64,000 nt of DNA, taken from positions 25,854,001-25,918,000 of the forward strand of contig OZ024756.1 in the NCBI GenBank assembly GCA_964016885.1, read 5' to 3'. Shown piece after piece: positions 40,185 to 52,459 of the stretch. Position 1 is the stretch's first letter. The number at the start of each line of letters is the position of its first letter. The notes beneath the pieces were generated by a model that was not told where the DNA came from, ran no database searches, and was given only the letters and a program-made list of their open reading frames with translations. The translations under genes and the position numbers were made by a program. This DNA comes from Eledone cirrhosa. Taxonomy: Eukaryota.

Positions 40185-40480
40185 AAGAGACCTCAAGGCA
40201 GCAAGATGCTGACCATCGATCCCATACTCTTTCAGAACCTTCCACAGTAGGTACCGAGTAATGCAGTCATATATCTTTTCAAGGTCTACAAAAACAAGAA
40301 TATACCTCTTAGCAATACTCCCACGATTTCTCGAAAACCTGCTGCAGTGTGAATATTTGGTCAGTTGTGCTGTATGTGGGGCAAAATCTGCTCTGTTCAC
40401 CAGCTCACTTGGACTCATAGATATCCCTGCATCTCTTTGCCAGACACCTAGCATAGACTTTATTGGGGAGGCTTAACAAG
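40185..40480 (-). mobile_element. RTE/Expander-like RT fragment
   Basis: YILVFVDLEKIYDCITRYLLWKVLKEYGIDG (RT subdomain 3, DLEKAYD). Confidence 0.75.
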
Positions 40481-41189
40481 GAGAACCCTCTATAATTGGA
40501 ACAATCTCTCTTGTCTCCCTTTTTGAAAATTGTGATTTTATATATATATAAAATACCCCATCCATGCCTACACTATCACTCCTTGGCAATGGTCACCATT
40601 ACTACACCACATATCTGTGTCATCATCATTCGACATCTGATTTCCCTTCTAGTAAGAGTTGGAGGGCTTTTCACAGACTGACTCAGTACTCAAGCGAGCT
40701 GCTGACCTCTCAGATGTTCCAAGCCTACATCTCGCTTATATATCATCCCTCACTCTACCAAATGCATTTTATAGTGGTGCAAGCGCTAGGGAGGTTGTCA
40801 TGTCTTTGACACAAGTGAAGTGTCCTGTTGACCATTTGTTTGGCAGGATGTCTATGGCTGGAATCCCTTCCTATCCTCAATCACATTACAGAGTGTACTG
40901 AATGCATTTGTGTAGATAACCAACACTAAGAAGATTAAGTTGTTAAGTCATTGACACAGCTCGTATATATGATGTATATATGTATATAACACAGATGTTA
41001 AATGATGACGATGATATATACATATATACATACCACTAAATACTAGTGTACTCAGTGACTACCACCATAACTAGTTACAAACTAAGTGACATATTATTTT
41101 GTCTATTAATTCTCATAAACTAATTCTCACATTGGTGGTAGTGGCGGTGGCGGTAATTGTACGTGTGTGGGGTAAGTTGTTAGTGGGCA

Positions 41190-41900
41190 CACACATATAT
41201 AGATACATACATTGTACATACACATATACACAAACAGACAGACACACACACATATATATATATATACATACATCATACATATATACAGATACATATATTA
41301 TACATACACATATACACGAATATACACACACATATAAATACATACATATATATAGATATATACACACACATATATAGATACATACATTGTACATACACAT
41401 ATACACAAACAGACAGACACACACATATATATATATATATACATACATCATACATATATACAGATACATATATTATACATACACATATACACGAATATAC
41501 ACACACATATAAATACATACATACATTATGCATACATATACACGAACACACACAAACAGACATATATATAGATATATACACACACATATATAGATACATA
41601 CGTTATACATACACATATACACGAACATACACACACATATTTAGATATATACACACACACATATATAGATACATACCTTATGCATACACATACACGAACA
41701 TACACACACATATAAATACATACATTATACATACACATACACGAACACATATATACATTATACATATATATACATACACATATTTACATATAAATATATA
41801 CATTATACATATACATGAACACATACGCATATTCACATATAAATATATACATTATACATATTCACATATAAATATATACATTATACATAAACATGTATAT
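41190..41900. repeat. Compound (AT/AC)-rich minisatellite
   Basis: Repeated CATATACACGAATATACACACACATATAAATACATAC-type blocks. Confidence 0.85.
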
Positions 41901-42134
41901 ATTTATATGTGAATATGTGTATATGTTCATGTATATGTATAATTGTTTCTACATTTGGCACCAGGCCAGCAATTATCCCAGTGCATTACTGGTACTTTAT
42001 TTTATCGACCCCGTAAGGATGAAAGGCAAAGTTAACCTCGGCGGGATTTGAACTCAGATCATAAAGGGAGGTAACATGTATATGTATAATGTACATTATA
42101 CATATACATGAACATATACACATATTCACATATT

Positions 42135-44372
42135 GCTCACTTTGACTGGAATAAAGCAGACTGGAACTGTTACTGCACCGAGTTGCAACGTCCAAACTGG
42201 CTTGAGTTCTACGACTCTGGAATGTCAATACTGTACTGCAGAACATCCTGAGCTCAATATGGACAGCATGTGCAGCATCGGTGCCACGTAAGCGGAAAAA
42301 ACATCCCAAAAGTGCAATTTGGGAGACTGCAGCAGTTCGTCTTGCCAGAAAAGAACGTTGCAATGCTGAACGTGAGTACAAACTGCACAAATCAGACATC
42401 AATAGGAAGAGGCGAAATAGATCGTCCAACCACCTCAAACAGGTGACAAAAAAGGCGGTGCTTCAATTTGAGCAGCGCATAGCAACCAGCCCTGACAGTA
42501 AGGTGTTCTGGAAGTATGTTCACTCAAAGCAGAGGCCTCACTCTCCAGTTGGTCCTCTTCGCAATCCCCACACAAGCCAGGTTACTGACGACCCCAAGGA
42601 ATGCGCAGAGCTTATTGCTGAATGCTATGCAGGCATTTTCACTATTGAAGACCAGAATGTACCGTCTCCACCACCTATGACACCGGACTCTATTACAACC
42701 ATGGAATTTACACCTGCAATGCTGCGACGTTACCTAAAAAATAAATGCAACCATGCCTCTCCTGGCCTTGATGGTGTTACGTACCTGCTTCTTAAACGTG
42801 GTGGGTACTTCCTTCTGCACCAGCTATCACGCTTCTTCCAATTCTGTATGAACCACGGTGCTACTCCAGAACAGTGGAAAACTGCCAGTGTCATTCCTCT
42901 GTTCAAAAAGGGTGACCACACATCACCTGTGAACTATCGTCCAGTCAGTCTTACTAGCTGCATTGCCAAACTGATGTAATCCTGTGTTAGAGAAACACTT
43001 TGGAACTTCTGGAACTCTCACAGTCTTATCCGGACCTCGCAATTTGGATTTATCCCCAACTCCAGCTGCTGTGATTAACTTATCGAGTTTCTTGAAGACA
43101 TCACCCGGATCACTGATGGCAGCTCAAGAGTGGATGTTGTTTACCTTGACTTTGCGAAAGCTTTCATTCAATTCTGTGCCACACAAAAGGCTATGGCAAA
43201 ACTCTCTGCAATGGGTGTGAAGGATGATCTTTTTAACTGGTTGAAATCCTTCATTCTCAGTCGAAGAGAGGTAGTCACGGTTCTGGGACAGCATTCCTCA
43301 CCATATGTCATCTGGTGTACCACAGGGATTTGTTCTTGGCCCCCTTTTGTTTGTGGCATATATTAATGACATAGATGCCAACTTAAAGAATGCCACAGTA
43401 TTAAAGTACGCAGATGACATCAAGCTGTACCTTGAGATTAAAAGGACAGATCCTGAACACTATAGATTTTGCTTGCAGTCTGACCTGGACACAATGCAAC
43501 AATGGATCTCAGACTGGCAACTCAAGCTAGCTGCGGACAAGTGCACCACCATGCATTTTGGGAGTAAAAACCCAGCGTCCACATACTCTCTTCACAGCAC
43601 TAATATCAAGAAGTCTTCTTCTGAACGTGACCTGGGCATTACGGTCAGCAGCGATTTGCATTGGACGAAGCACGTCTCTAAAATTGTCAAGAGGGCCGAA
43701 GGTGTCTTAACATCATTCAGCAAGACCTTTGTCAGCCGCTCTCCAGCTATCTATTTAAGGCTGTACATGGTTATGGTGTGGCCACACTTAGAATTTGCAT
43801 CACCAGTCTGGAACCCCTATCTTGCTCAGAAAATTGACTGCCTGGAAACTGTTCAGAGACGTGGAACCAAGCGAATACCCTCCATTAGGCATCTACCATA
43901 CTCTGAACGCTTTGCTTCCCTGGGCATGGATACATTGAAGCTCCGACGCTTGGCAACTGACTTGGTAAACACCCACAAAATTATTAACCATCTTGCCAAC
44001 AACAACCCTGAGTACCTTCTTGATTTCCATGTGTCTAACACACATGGGCATGCCCACAAAGTCAGAAAACAGCACAGTTCCCATGACTTTTGGAAACATT
44101 TTTTCACGCTCAGAGTTGCTGAAGCATGGAACAAACTACCTGCATCAGTTGTTAGTTGTCATGGCACTGCATCCTTTAAAACCTCCATGCTTCCCGAGAT
44201 TCGCCAACACTACACCTAAAGTTCCCCTCCATACACATACACACATGTATATCATGACTCATACACTATTCACTTCCCTGACATTTGTATATTATTCTAT
44301 GTACTATACATGCACCTTTGACGAGTTGTAGTGCACCTGAGCACTGTACACAATAATCTCATTATTATTATT
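42135..44372 (+). mobile_element. CR1/L2-group LINE, 5'-truncated ORF2 (RT) with frameshifts, 3' UTR and (ATT)n tail
   Basis: SPGLDGV...WKTASVIPLFKKGD...NYRPVSLTS; DVVYLDFAKAF; SGVPQGFVLGPLLF...KYADDIKL...ERDLGI...PHLEFASPVWNPY...FFTLRVAEAWNKLP. Tail CACAATAATCTCATTATTATTATT. Confidence 0.93.
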
Positions 44373-44374
44373 AT

Positions 44375-44970
44375 ATATACATTATACATATACATGAACA
44401 TATACACATATTCACATATAAATATATACATTATACATATACATGAACATATTCACATATAAATATATACATTATACATATACATGAACATATACACATA
44501 TTCACATATAAATATATACATTATACATATACATGAACATATACACATATTCACATATAAATATATACATTATACATATACATGAACATATACACATATT
44601 CACATATAAATATATACATTATACATATACATGAACACATTCACATATAAATATATACATTATACATATACATGAACATATACACATATTCACATATAAA
44701 TATATACATTATACATATACATGAACATATACACATATTCACATATAAATATATACATTATACATATACATGAACACATTCACATATAAATATATACATT
44801 ATACATATACATGAACATATACACATATTCACATATAAATATATACATTATACATATACATGAACATATACACATATTCACATATAAATATATACATTAT
44901 ACATATACATGAACACATTCACATATAAATATATACATTATACATATACATGAACATATACACATATTCA
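44375..44970. repeat. AT-rich minisatellite (about 49-bp units with shorter variants)
   Basis: TATATACATTATACATATACATGAACATATACACATATTCACATATAAA repeated about 12-13 times. The same motif lies left of the CR1, suggesting the CR1 inserted into this array. Confidence 0.9.
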
Positions 44971-45662
44971 TTAACTGCTTTGGATCTCCGTTGGACTAAT
45001 GTTCTAGCTTTTGTTCTGTTGTGTTTTTGTTTTTTTCAATAGGAAACCTCGTGATAGCCCACTTCTAATAAGTGTTTCTACTTTTGGCACAAGGCCAGCA
45101 ATTATACCAGTGTATTACTAGTACTTTATTTTATCGACCCCGTAAGGATGAAAGGCAAAGTTAATCTTGGCGGGATTTGAACTCAGAATGGCAAGGGCCG
45201 TAACTCTATGCGTCAAGGCATGGCGTCCGACCCTCTACCAATACTGTCAATGGTTTCTTATAAAGGCACAAGGAACAATTTTGGAGGAAGGGAAAGTCGA
45301 TTAAATCGACGCCAGTGTGTGACTGGTACTTTATTTTATTGACCCCGTAAGGACGAAAGGCGAAGTTAACCTAGGCGGGATTTGAACTCAGATCATAAAG
45401 GGCCGTAACTCTATGCTGCAAAGCATGGCATCTGACCCTCTACCGATACTGCCAATTCACCGTTCTGATAATAATTGTTTCTACTTTTGGCACAAGGCCA
45501 GCAATTATCTCAGTGTATTACTGGTACTTTATTTTATCGACTCTGTAAGGATGAAAGGCAAAGTTAACCTCGGCGGGATTTGAACTCAGTCCGTAAAGGG
45601 ACGTAACTGTGCTGCAAAGCATGGCGTCCGACCCCCTACCGATACTGCCAATCACCGCTCTG

Positions 45663-46357
45663 ATAATAATAATAATGAAATTATTGTGTACAGTGCTCAG
45701 GTGCACTACAACTCATCAAAGGTGCATGTATAGTACATAGAATAATGTATAAATGTCAGGTACATGAACAGTGTATGAGTCATGATATACATTTGTGCGT
45801 GTTTATGGAGGGGGGGATATCGGGTGTAGTGTTGGCGAATTTCAGGAAGCATGGAGGTTTTAGAGGATGCAGTGTCTCGGCAGCTATCAACTGATACTGG
45901 TAGTTTGTTCCATGGAGGTTTTAAAGGATGCAGTGTCTCGGCAGCTATCAACTGATACTGGTAGTTTGTTCCATGGAGGTTTTAAAGGATGCAGTGTCTC
46001 GGCAGCTATCAACTGATACTGGTAGTTTGTTCCATGGAGGTTTTAGAGGATGCAGTGTCTCGGCAGCTATCAACTGATACTGGTAGTTTGTTCCATGGAG
46101 GTTTTAGAGGATGCAGTGTCTCGGCAGCTATCAACTGATACTGGTAGTTTGTTCCATGGAGGTTTTAGAGGATGCAGTGTCTCGGCAGCTATCAACTGAT
46201 ACTGGTAGTTTGTTCCATGGAGGTTTTAGAGGATGCAGTGTCTCGGCAGCTATCAACTGATACTGGTAGTTTGTTCCATGGAGGTTTTAAAGGATGCAGT
46301 GTCTCGGCAGCTATCAACTGATACTGGTAGTTTGTTCCATGCTTCAGCAACTCTTCT
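45663..46357 (-). mobile_element. CR1 3'-end fragment (antisense) containing an internal 61-bp x8 tandem amplification
   Basis: Reverse complement of about 44110-44372. The unit CATGGAGGTTTTARAGGATGCAGTGTCTCGGCAGCTATCAACTGATACTGGTAGTTTGTTC occurs at 45850, 45911, 45972, 46033, 46094, 46155, 46216 and 46277. Confidence 0.92.
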
Positions 46358-46831
46358 AGTTCTACAATACATAATTATTTGTTTTAATTGGGCCGTAACT
46401 TCAAATCCCGCCGAAGTTAACTCTGCCTTTCATCCTTATGGGGGTCGATAAAATAAAGTACCAGTAATGCACTGGGATAATTGCTGGCCTTGTGCCAAAA
46501 GTAGAAACAATTATTTGTTTTAATGGGTTTATATGAAAATCACAGGCAGTGTTTTTCATTAAAAATACGGTATCATTATCTGCTGGAATGCTTTTGTGGT
46601 CTTGTCCGTGGGGTACATCCCCTCCACCGCCGCGCCCTAGTCCCAGAACCCAATCACCCTCCCCCTTCCACCTCCCCATTCTTCTGTGACAGTCCTTGCC
46701 ATTCCCTCCCCTTCCCACTTTTTCTTCCTTTTCTTTTTTCTCTATATTTTCCTATTTTACATTCCATTCTACTCAATCTAAATTGTCTTTTTTTTCTTTT
46801 TCTATTTAAACAAAGGGTTAATGTATTTATA

Positions 46832-47121
46832 CAGTGGAACCTTGGTTCACGAATTTGATTTGTTCCTGAAATCCGTTTGTTGTCTGATATATTCGTAAAC
46901 TGAAACTGTTTTTTTTTTCCATAAGAAATGTTGAGAGAGTGAGAGACTGTGTGTGAATGACAGATAGATATCACCATAGTAACTAACTACACAGCAAGTG
47001 ACACTTTCCCGCTGATACTCCAAGCCTGTTGCTGGCTTGTGTGTTCGTTACTCGAGACACCGTTCGTGAACCGAGACATTTTATATTCGGAAAAGTTTTC
47101 ATAAAGCATTTTGTTCCACTG
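46832..47121. mobile_element. pogo/Tigger-like MITE
   Basis: TA-CAGTGGAAC...GTTCCACTG-TA termini. Confidence 0.75.
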
Positions 47122-47346
47122 TATGTATCTAAAAACCTTCTGTTATAATTCTATGTAAGTTTGTTAAGTTATGTTCCAAACACCAGCTTATTAATGAGAA
47201 AGTCGTTTTACAAAATCCTACCAAATTCTTGATTATTTGCATACTTCTTTTGAAAATCCTAAACAGTGTCTTTTATTAGAAATATGGTAATGGAAAAATA
47301 AATATAAATTAATTTTTTGCTATTTTTGTCTCATCTTCTTCTTCAG

Positions 47347-47562
47347 GAGCTGGATTTTGCTCCGTTTCCTCCAGTGTGTATACAATAACCTGCAATAACG
47401 GGAGTGTGATGTTTATTGAGAAGTTAAATGTATTTATGGACAGTAACTTGAAATGTCTTGAAGATCTCAGATTGCATTGTAACATGTTACAAACATGTGA
47501 TGTGCCACAGTCCTGTCGCAACCTGTCAAAAGAAACCAGAATATTGTATGGTTGTGTACCAG
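47347..47562 (+). CDS. Receptor gene exon A: divergent SUEL/Gal_Lectin-like Cys-rich domain
   Basis: Acceptor TCTTCTTCAG| and donor G|GTATGA, phase 1-1. Encodes AGFCSVSSSVYTITCNNGSVMFIEKL...KCLEDLRLHCNMLQTCDVPQSCRNLSKETRILYGCVP. Confidence 0.78.
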
Positions 47563-47832
47563 GTATGACACTTTCTCTTTCTCTCTCTTACTCTCTCTCT
47601 TTCTCTCTCTCTCATATGCATTCCAATTTTGGCATAGTTTTTACAGTTGGATACCTTTCCAAACACCAACCACTTTACAGAATGTACTGGGTATATGTTA
47701 TGGTGGTACCAGCATAAGAGATAGTTATATTTTAAAATCATTTCATCTTTTTGTTTTGTTTGTTTTTTTGTTTTTCTCTCTACCATCTCTGCTTTCTTTT
47801 TTTTTTTCTTCTTCTTCTCTTCCTGCTGCCAG

Positions 47833-48141
47833 ATAATATGAATGAAATGGAACAAAAATGCTCAGACAAAGTCTATCCCAGAAACATTCAAAAGCAAATG
47901 TTCCTTGTTACACCATCAAAACTGAATTTGATGAAAAGGTGTTTGTGGCGGTTGCGATGCCCCGTCAATGGATTTCTCACACTCTATGTCCTCAATGCCA
48001 ATGAATCCACATCTTTAACCTTTCATAATATTCATCAAGAACTAAGTCTCGCATACCGAGCCTACGTCTTCAACATCACAGCAACAGGAACAATAGATCT
48101 CAGTGTTAACCCTGTCTCACAAACCTTGTTAGCAGTGAAAT
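47833..48141 (+). CDS. Receptor gene exon B: CUB-like beta domain
   Basis: Long polypyrimidine tract with CCAG| and donor T|GTAAGT, phase 1-1. Encodes DNMNEMEQKCSDK...RCLWRLRCPVNGFLTLYVLNANES...TLLAVK. Confidence 0.8.
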
Positions 48142-49135
48142 GTAAGTAGATACTCACTCTGTCTTAATGTGGTTAAAACTGACCCAGTCGTAATGTGTTT
48201 AAAAATGGCCTCATCTTAATGTGTTTAATCTTTTAGCATTTACATTACTCTATATTTACTATTATATTTTCTCAGTAAAGGCTTTATCTTACAGAATTAT
48301 CTCACATAATGTCGAATCTATGAGATTTTGATATTATTTATTTTGAGAAGGGCGGTGGATTGGCAGTATCAGGGTCGGTAGAGGGTCGGACGCCATGCTT
48401 TGCAGCATAGTTACGGCCCTTTACGGTCTCAGTTAAAATTCTGCCGAGGTTAACTTTGCCTTTCATCCTAACGGGGCCGATAAAATAAAGCACCAGTAAT
48501 GCACTGGGATAATTGCCAAAAGTAGAAAAAATTATTTATTTTGAGAACAATACCTTAATATAAGTATGAGCGGCTAGTTACAACCAGTTTGAACAGAAAG
48601 AGGTGAGAGGATTCTGGCTGGATACAGCTGATTTAAATGTTAAAGGGTTAATGTTTTTAAATTGAATCAGTTTTACTGTTTAAAACTGATCTAGTTAACA
48701 CTCTGTCTTAACTCTTAACATCATGTAATGATTTATCAGAAAATATCTAAAACAGATTTGTTAGTTCAAATATTTGGACAGATCTATGTAAAAAATTGCA
48801 GTATCACAGTAAAGATTTGATCTTTTAATGTGATGCAGTCATAGTGATGTTTTATACCTTTTAAGTATCTCTACTTATTGTAGTTTCATATTTCAAATGT
48901 TTATACAATTTTTACTAGTGGACATATTGTTGTGAAAATTTGTAGTATAAGGCTAAATGCTGTAATCTTTTATTTGATGCAGTCACAGTGTTGTTTTGTA
49001 CTTTTCAAAACTGTCTTGCTTATACAGTCCCATGTGGTACAGGGCATTAAGAGTTAAGAAATTTTCTGGCCTTGTTCCTAAATTAGAAATCAATGTATTT
49101 TCTTTCTCTAATGTCAATTGTATTTTTGATTCTAG

Positions 49136-49237
49136 TGATTCCTCACAGTATAAAGGATATCAGTCTGGAAGACTTCATCACCTGTCCAGACATTGTCCCA
49201 GAGAAATCATATGAGAAGTTTTGTGACTCAAATTTTG
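49136..49237 (+). CDS. Receptor gene exon C: membrane-proximal stalk
   Basis: TTCTAG| ... G|GTAATC, phase 1-1. Encodes LIPHSIKDISLEDFITCPDIVPEKSYEKFCDSNF. Confidence 0.72.
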
Positions 49238-49907
49238 GTAATCATTGCCTAATATTCTTTCCTTTATTCTTTTACTGGTTTCAGTCATTAAGCTGCGGTC
49301 ATACTGGGGCACCACTTTGCTACTAAGTTACAGGACTTAAACACACATAAACACACATAAACACACGCACAATTCATCATCTTGATTTTTGTCCACTTTT
49401 CCATGTTGGCATGGGTTGCTCTTCCTCACACCAACCCTTTTAATCGTTTCTTACAACAAACACACACACACACACATATGTTTTGAAAAGTCAACATAAA
49501 AAATGACGACTTGTGTACTATTATTTATGTCTACCAAATTTGACTTATAAGCCATCAGTGAACCCAAGGCTATAGTTGTAGACACTTGCCCAATGTTGAA
49601 ATCCCACAGTGGCAAAGCAAGATTCTTAGCTAAACAATCATGTTTATTTTACTGTCTAGTCAGGGAGAAAAGGGCCAGTACCTACGATCCTTTTCAGAAC
49701 CTCTCAGACATGTGGGAAGGAGGGACAGTGTCCATGACCATTTTTAGGACCTCTGAGACTTGCAGTACCCATGATTGTTTTCATAAGTATGAGTGACTGG
49801 TTACAACTGGTTTGAACAGAAAGAAGTGAGAGAATTCTGGCCAGATATGGCCAGTTTAAATGCTAAAGCATTAAATGGAAATTTGTCTTTAACTTGTCTC
49901 TTTTCAG

Positions 49908-49983
49908 GTCTGAAAATTTCCTTGATCGTAACCTGTTTCATTATTATTGCTCTGTTGTTCAGTTTATGTATTACAGTATATTG
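49908..49983 (+). CDS. Receptor gene exon D: transmembrane helix
   Basis: CTCTTTTCAG| ... TG|GTAAGT, phase 1-2. Encodes GLKISLIVTCFIIIALLFSLCITVY. Confidence 0.82.
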
Positions 49984-50564
49984 GTAAGTCTTATTCTACC
50001 TTAACCCTTTAGTGTTCAAACCGGCCAAAACCAGCCAGAATTCTCTACCTCTTTCTGTTGAAACTGGCTGTAACTGGTCACTCAAACTGATGTTAAGGTA
50101 TTGTCCTCAAAATAAATACTTTCAAAATCTCATAGATTCGATATTATGCGAGATAATTATGTGAGGTAAAGCCTTTACCATGAAAATATAATAGTATATA
50201 TAAAATAATTGTTTCTACTTTAGGCACAAGGCCAGCAATTACCCAGTGCATCATTGGTACTTTGCTTTTCATCCTTACGGGGTCAATAAAATAAAGTCAA
50301 CCTCGGCGGGATTTGAACTCAGATCGTAAAGGGACGTAACTATGCTGGAAAGCATGGCGTCCGACCCTCTACCGATACTGCCAATCCACCGCCCTATATA
50401 GTATATATAAAATAATGTGAATGCTAAAGGGTTAATGTACAGTTTAGTTGCAGCTTCTCCCACCTTACCATACAATCCATCCATCTAGAAGAAAATTAGT
50501 AGCTCTAATTAAGTACTGTCTGTAACAGCTAACTCATGATAACAGGGAAAAGTAGATGTAACAT

Positions 50565-50830
50565 GATGCCAGTAGTGGTAGTGATGGTAGTGGTGGTGGT
50601 TGTGGTGGTAGTATGATGGTGGTAGTGGTAGTATGATGGTGGTAGTGGTAGTATGATGGTGGTAGTATGATAGTGGTGGTGGCAGTATGATGGAGGTAGT
50701 GGTGGTGGTAGTATAGTGATGGTGGTGGTAGAGGTAGTAGTGGCTGTAGTAGTTAGTGGTGCAATGTTGGTAATGTAATGTTGGCTTATAATACAGGTAA
50801 TGATGATAATAATCATGGTGATGATTGTAA
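50565..50830. repeat. (GTG/GTA)n trinucleotide low-complexity tract
   Basis: Directly visible. Confidence 0.85.
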
Positions 50831-50834
50831 TGTT

Positions 50835-51170
50835 AAGCTGATGTTTAGAACATAACTTAACAAAGGTTTGATTTCGAAAATGCTAAGCAAGTGTTTGGAA
50901 CATAACTTAACAAAGGTTTGGTATGAAAGGGTTTAAGCTAGTGTTTGGAACATAACTTAACAAAGGTTTAGTATGAAATGGCTTAAGCTAGTGTTTGGAA
51001 CACAACTTAACAAAGGTTTGGTATGAAAGGGGTTAAGCTAGTGTTTGGAACATAACTTAACAAAGGTTTGGTATGAAAGGGATTAAGCTAGTGTTTGGAG
51101 CATAACTTAACAAAGGTTTGACATTGAAAATGCTCAGCTAGTGTTTGGAACATAACTTAAAGGTTTGGTA
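50835..51170. repeat. 50-bp minisatellite, about 7 copies (intronic)
   Basis: GTGTTTGGAACATAACTTAACAAAGGTTTG at 50841 (variant), 50891, 50941, 50991, 51041, 51091 and 51141. Confidence 0.93.
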
Positions 51171-51226
51171 TAAAAAGTGATAATGTCTTCTTTTTGTCTC
51201 ACTTATTTCATTTCTTAATTCTCCAG

Positions 51227-51343
51227 TTACTGTAAGAAATGCAAGTCCTCACAAAGATCTCGAGAAACATCAGGGAATCGACCAACTTCTACTGTGATAC
51301 CTTACCAAACAATCCTCATTAATGGTTCCAAGAAAAACAACAA
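51227..51343 (+). CDS. Receptor gene exon E: juxtamembrane Cys/Lys cluster and ITIM-like IPYQTI
   Basis: TTCTCCAG| ... AA|GTAAGT, phase 2-2. Encodes CYCKKCKSSQRSRETSGNRPTSTVIPYQTILINGSKKNN. Not in the ORF track. Confidence 0.78.
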
Positions 51344-51360
51344 GTAAGTTTGATGTTGAA

Positions 51361-51850
51361 ATTATTATATAATAATAAGCATAGTCAGGTAGAATGCTTT
51401 GTAGTATTATTATATAATAATAAGCATAGTCGGGTAGAATGCTTTGTAGTATTATTATATAATAATAAGCATAGTCGGGTAGAATGCTTTGTAGTATTAT
51501 TATATAATAATAAGCATAGTCGGGTAGAATGCTTTGTAGTATTATTATATAATAATAAGCATAGTCGGGTAGAATGCTTTGTAGTATTATTATATAATAA
51601 TAAGCATAGTCAGGTAGAATGCTTTGTAGTATTATTATATAATAATAAGCATAGTCAGGTAGAATGCTTTGTAGTATTATTATATAATAATAAGCATAGT
51701 CGGGTAGAATGCTTTGTAGTATTATTATATAATAATAAGCATAGTCGGGTAGAATGCTTTGTAGTATTATTATATAATAAGCAGCATAGTCGGGTAGAAT
51801 GCTTTGTAGTATTATTATATAATAATAAGCATAGTCAGGTAGAATGCTTT
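51361..51850. repeat. 45-bp minisatellite, about 11 near-identical copies (intronic)
   Basis: ATTATTATATAATAATAAGCATAGTCRGGTAGAATGCTTTGTAGT repeated with period 45. Confidence 0.96.
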
Positions 51851-52459
51851 GGAGTATCTGTTCCAGCTGTCTTTGTTCTTTGAGTTCAGATCCCACCAAG
51901 GTCAACTTTGCCTTTCATTAATTTGATCCCTGGGATCAACTGTTTTCCTCTATCTCTTTCTCACTTACTCTCTCTCTTTACTTGAAAGAAATCAGCTGTG
52001 TTCAGACATGGAGATGAGATGGACTCCACCAGTTTTCAAAAAATGTCTGTCACTATAGCACATCTTCGATTCCACCAAGAGTTACGGGTCCATACATACA
52101 TACAATAGGTGAAGGTGTGGCTGTGTGGTTAAGGAGTTTGCTTCCCAACCACAGTCTCACAGCAAGGCACCTTGAATGTCTTTTACTTGTAGTAGTAGTA
52201 GTTACCATTTGTTGTAAGGTCTTTTACTTTAGCCTCAGGCTGATTATTGCCTTCTAAGGGAAATTTGGTAGACATAAACTACAGAACCCCATCATATATA
52301 ACATAAAGATATATGAATATATATATATGTGTGTGTGTGTGTGTGTTATTGACGGACATGAAAATAAAGCAGTTCTTTATCATAGAAGTTTATTTTGTTG
52401 TTGTTGTTAACTCGTTTTTTTTAATCTAATTATCTACCTTTCTTTTCACTGATTTCTAG

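Noticed and set aside
51270-51905. 211-aa and 177-aa repetitive ORFs (YYYIIILQSILPDYA)n
   Set aside because: Translation of a 45-bp intronic minisatellite whose period is a multiple of 3.
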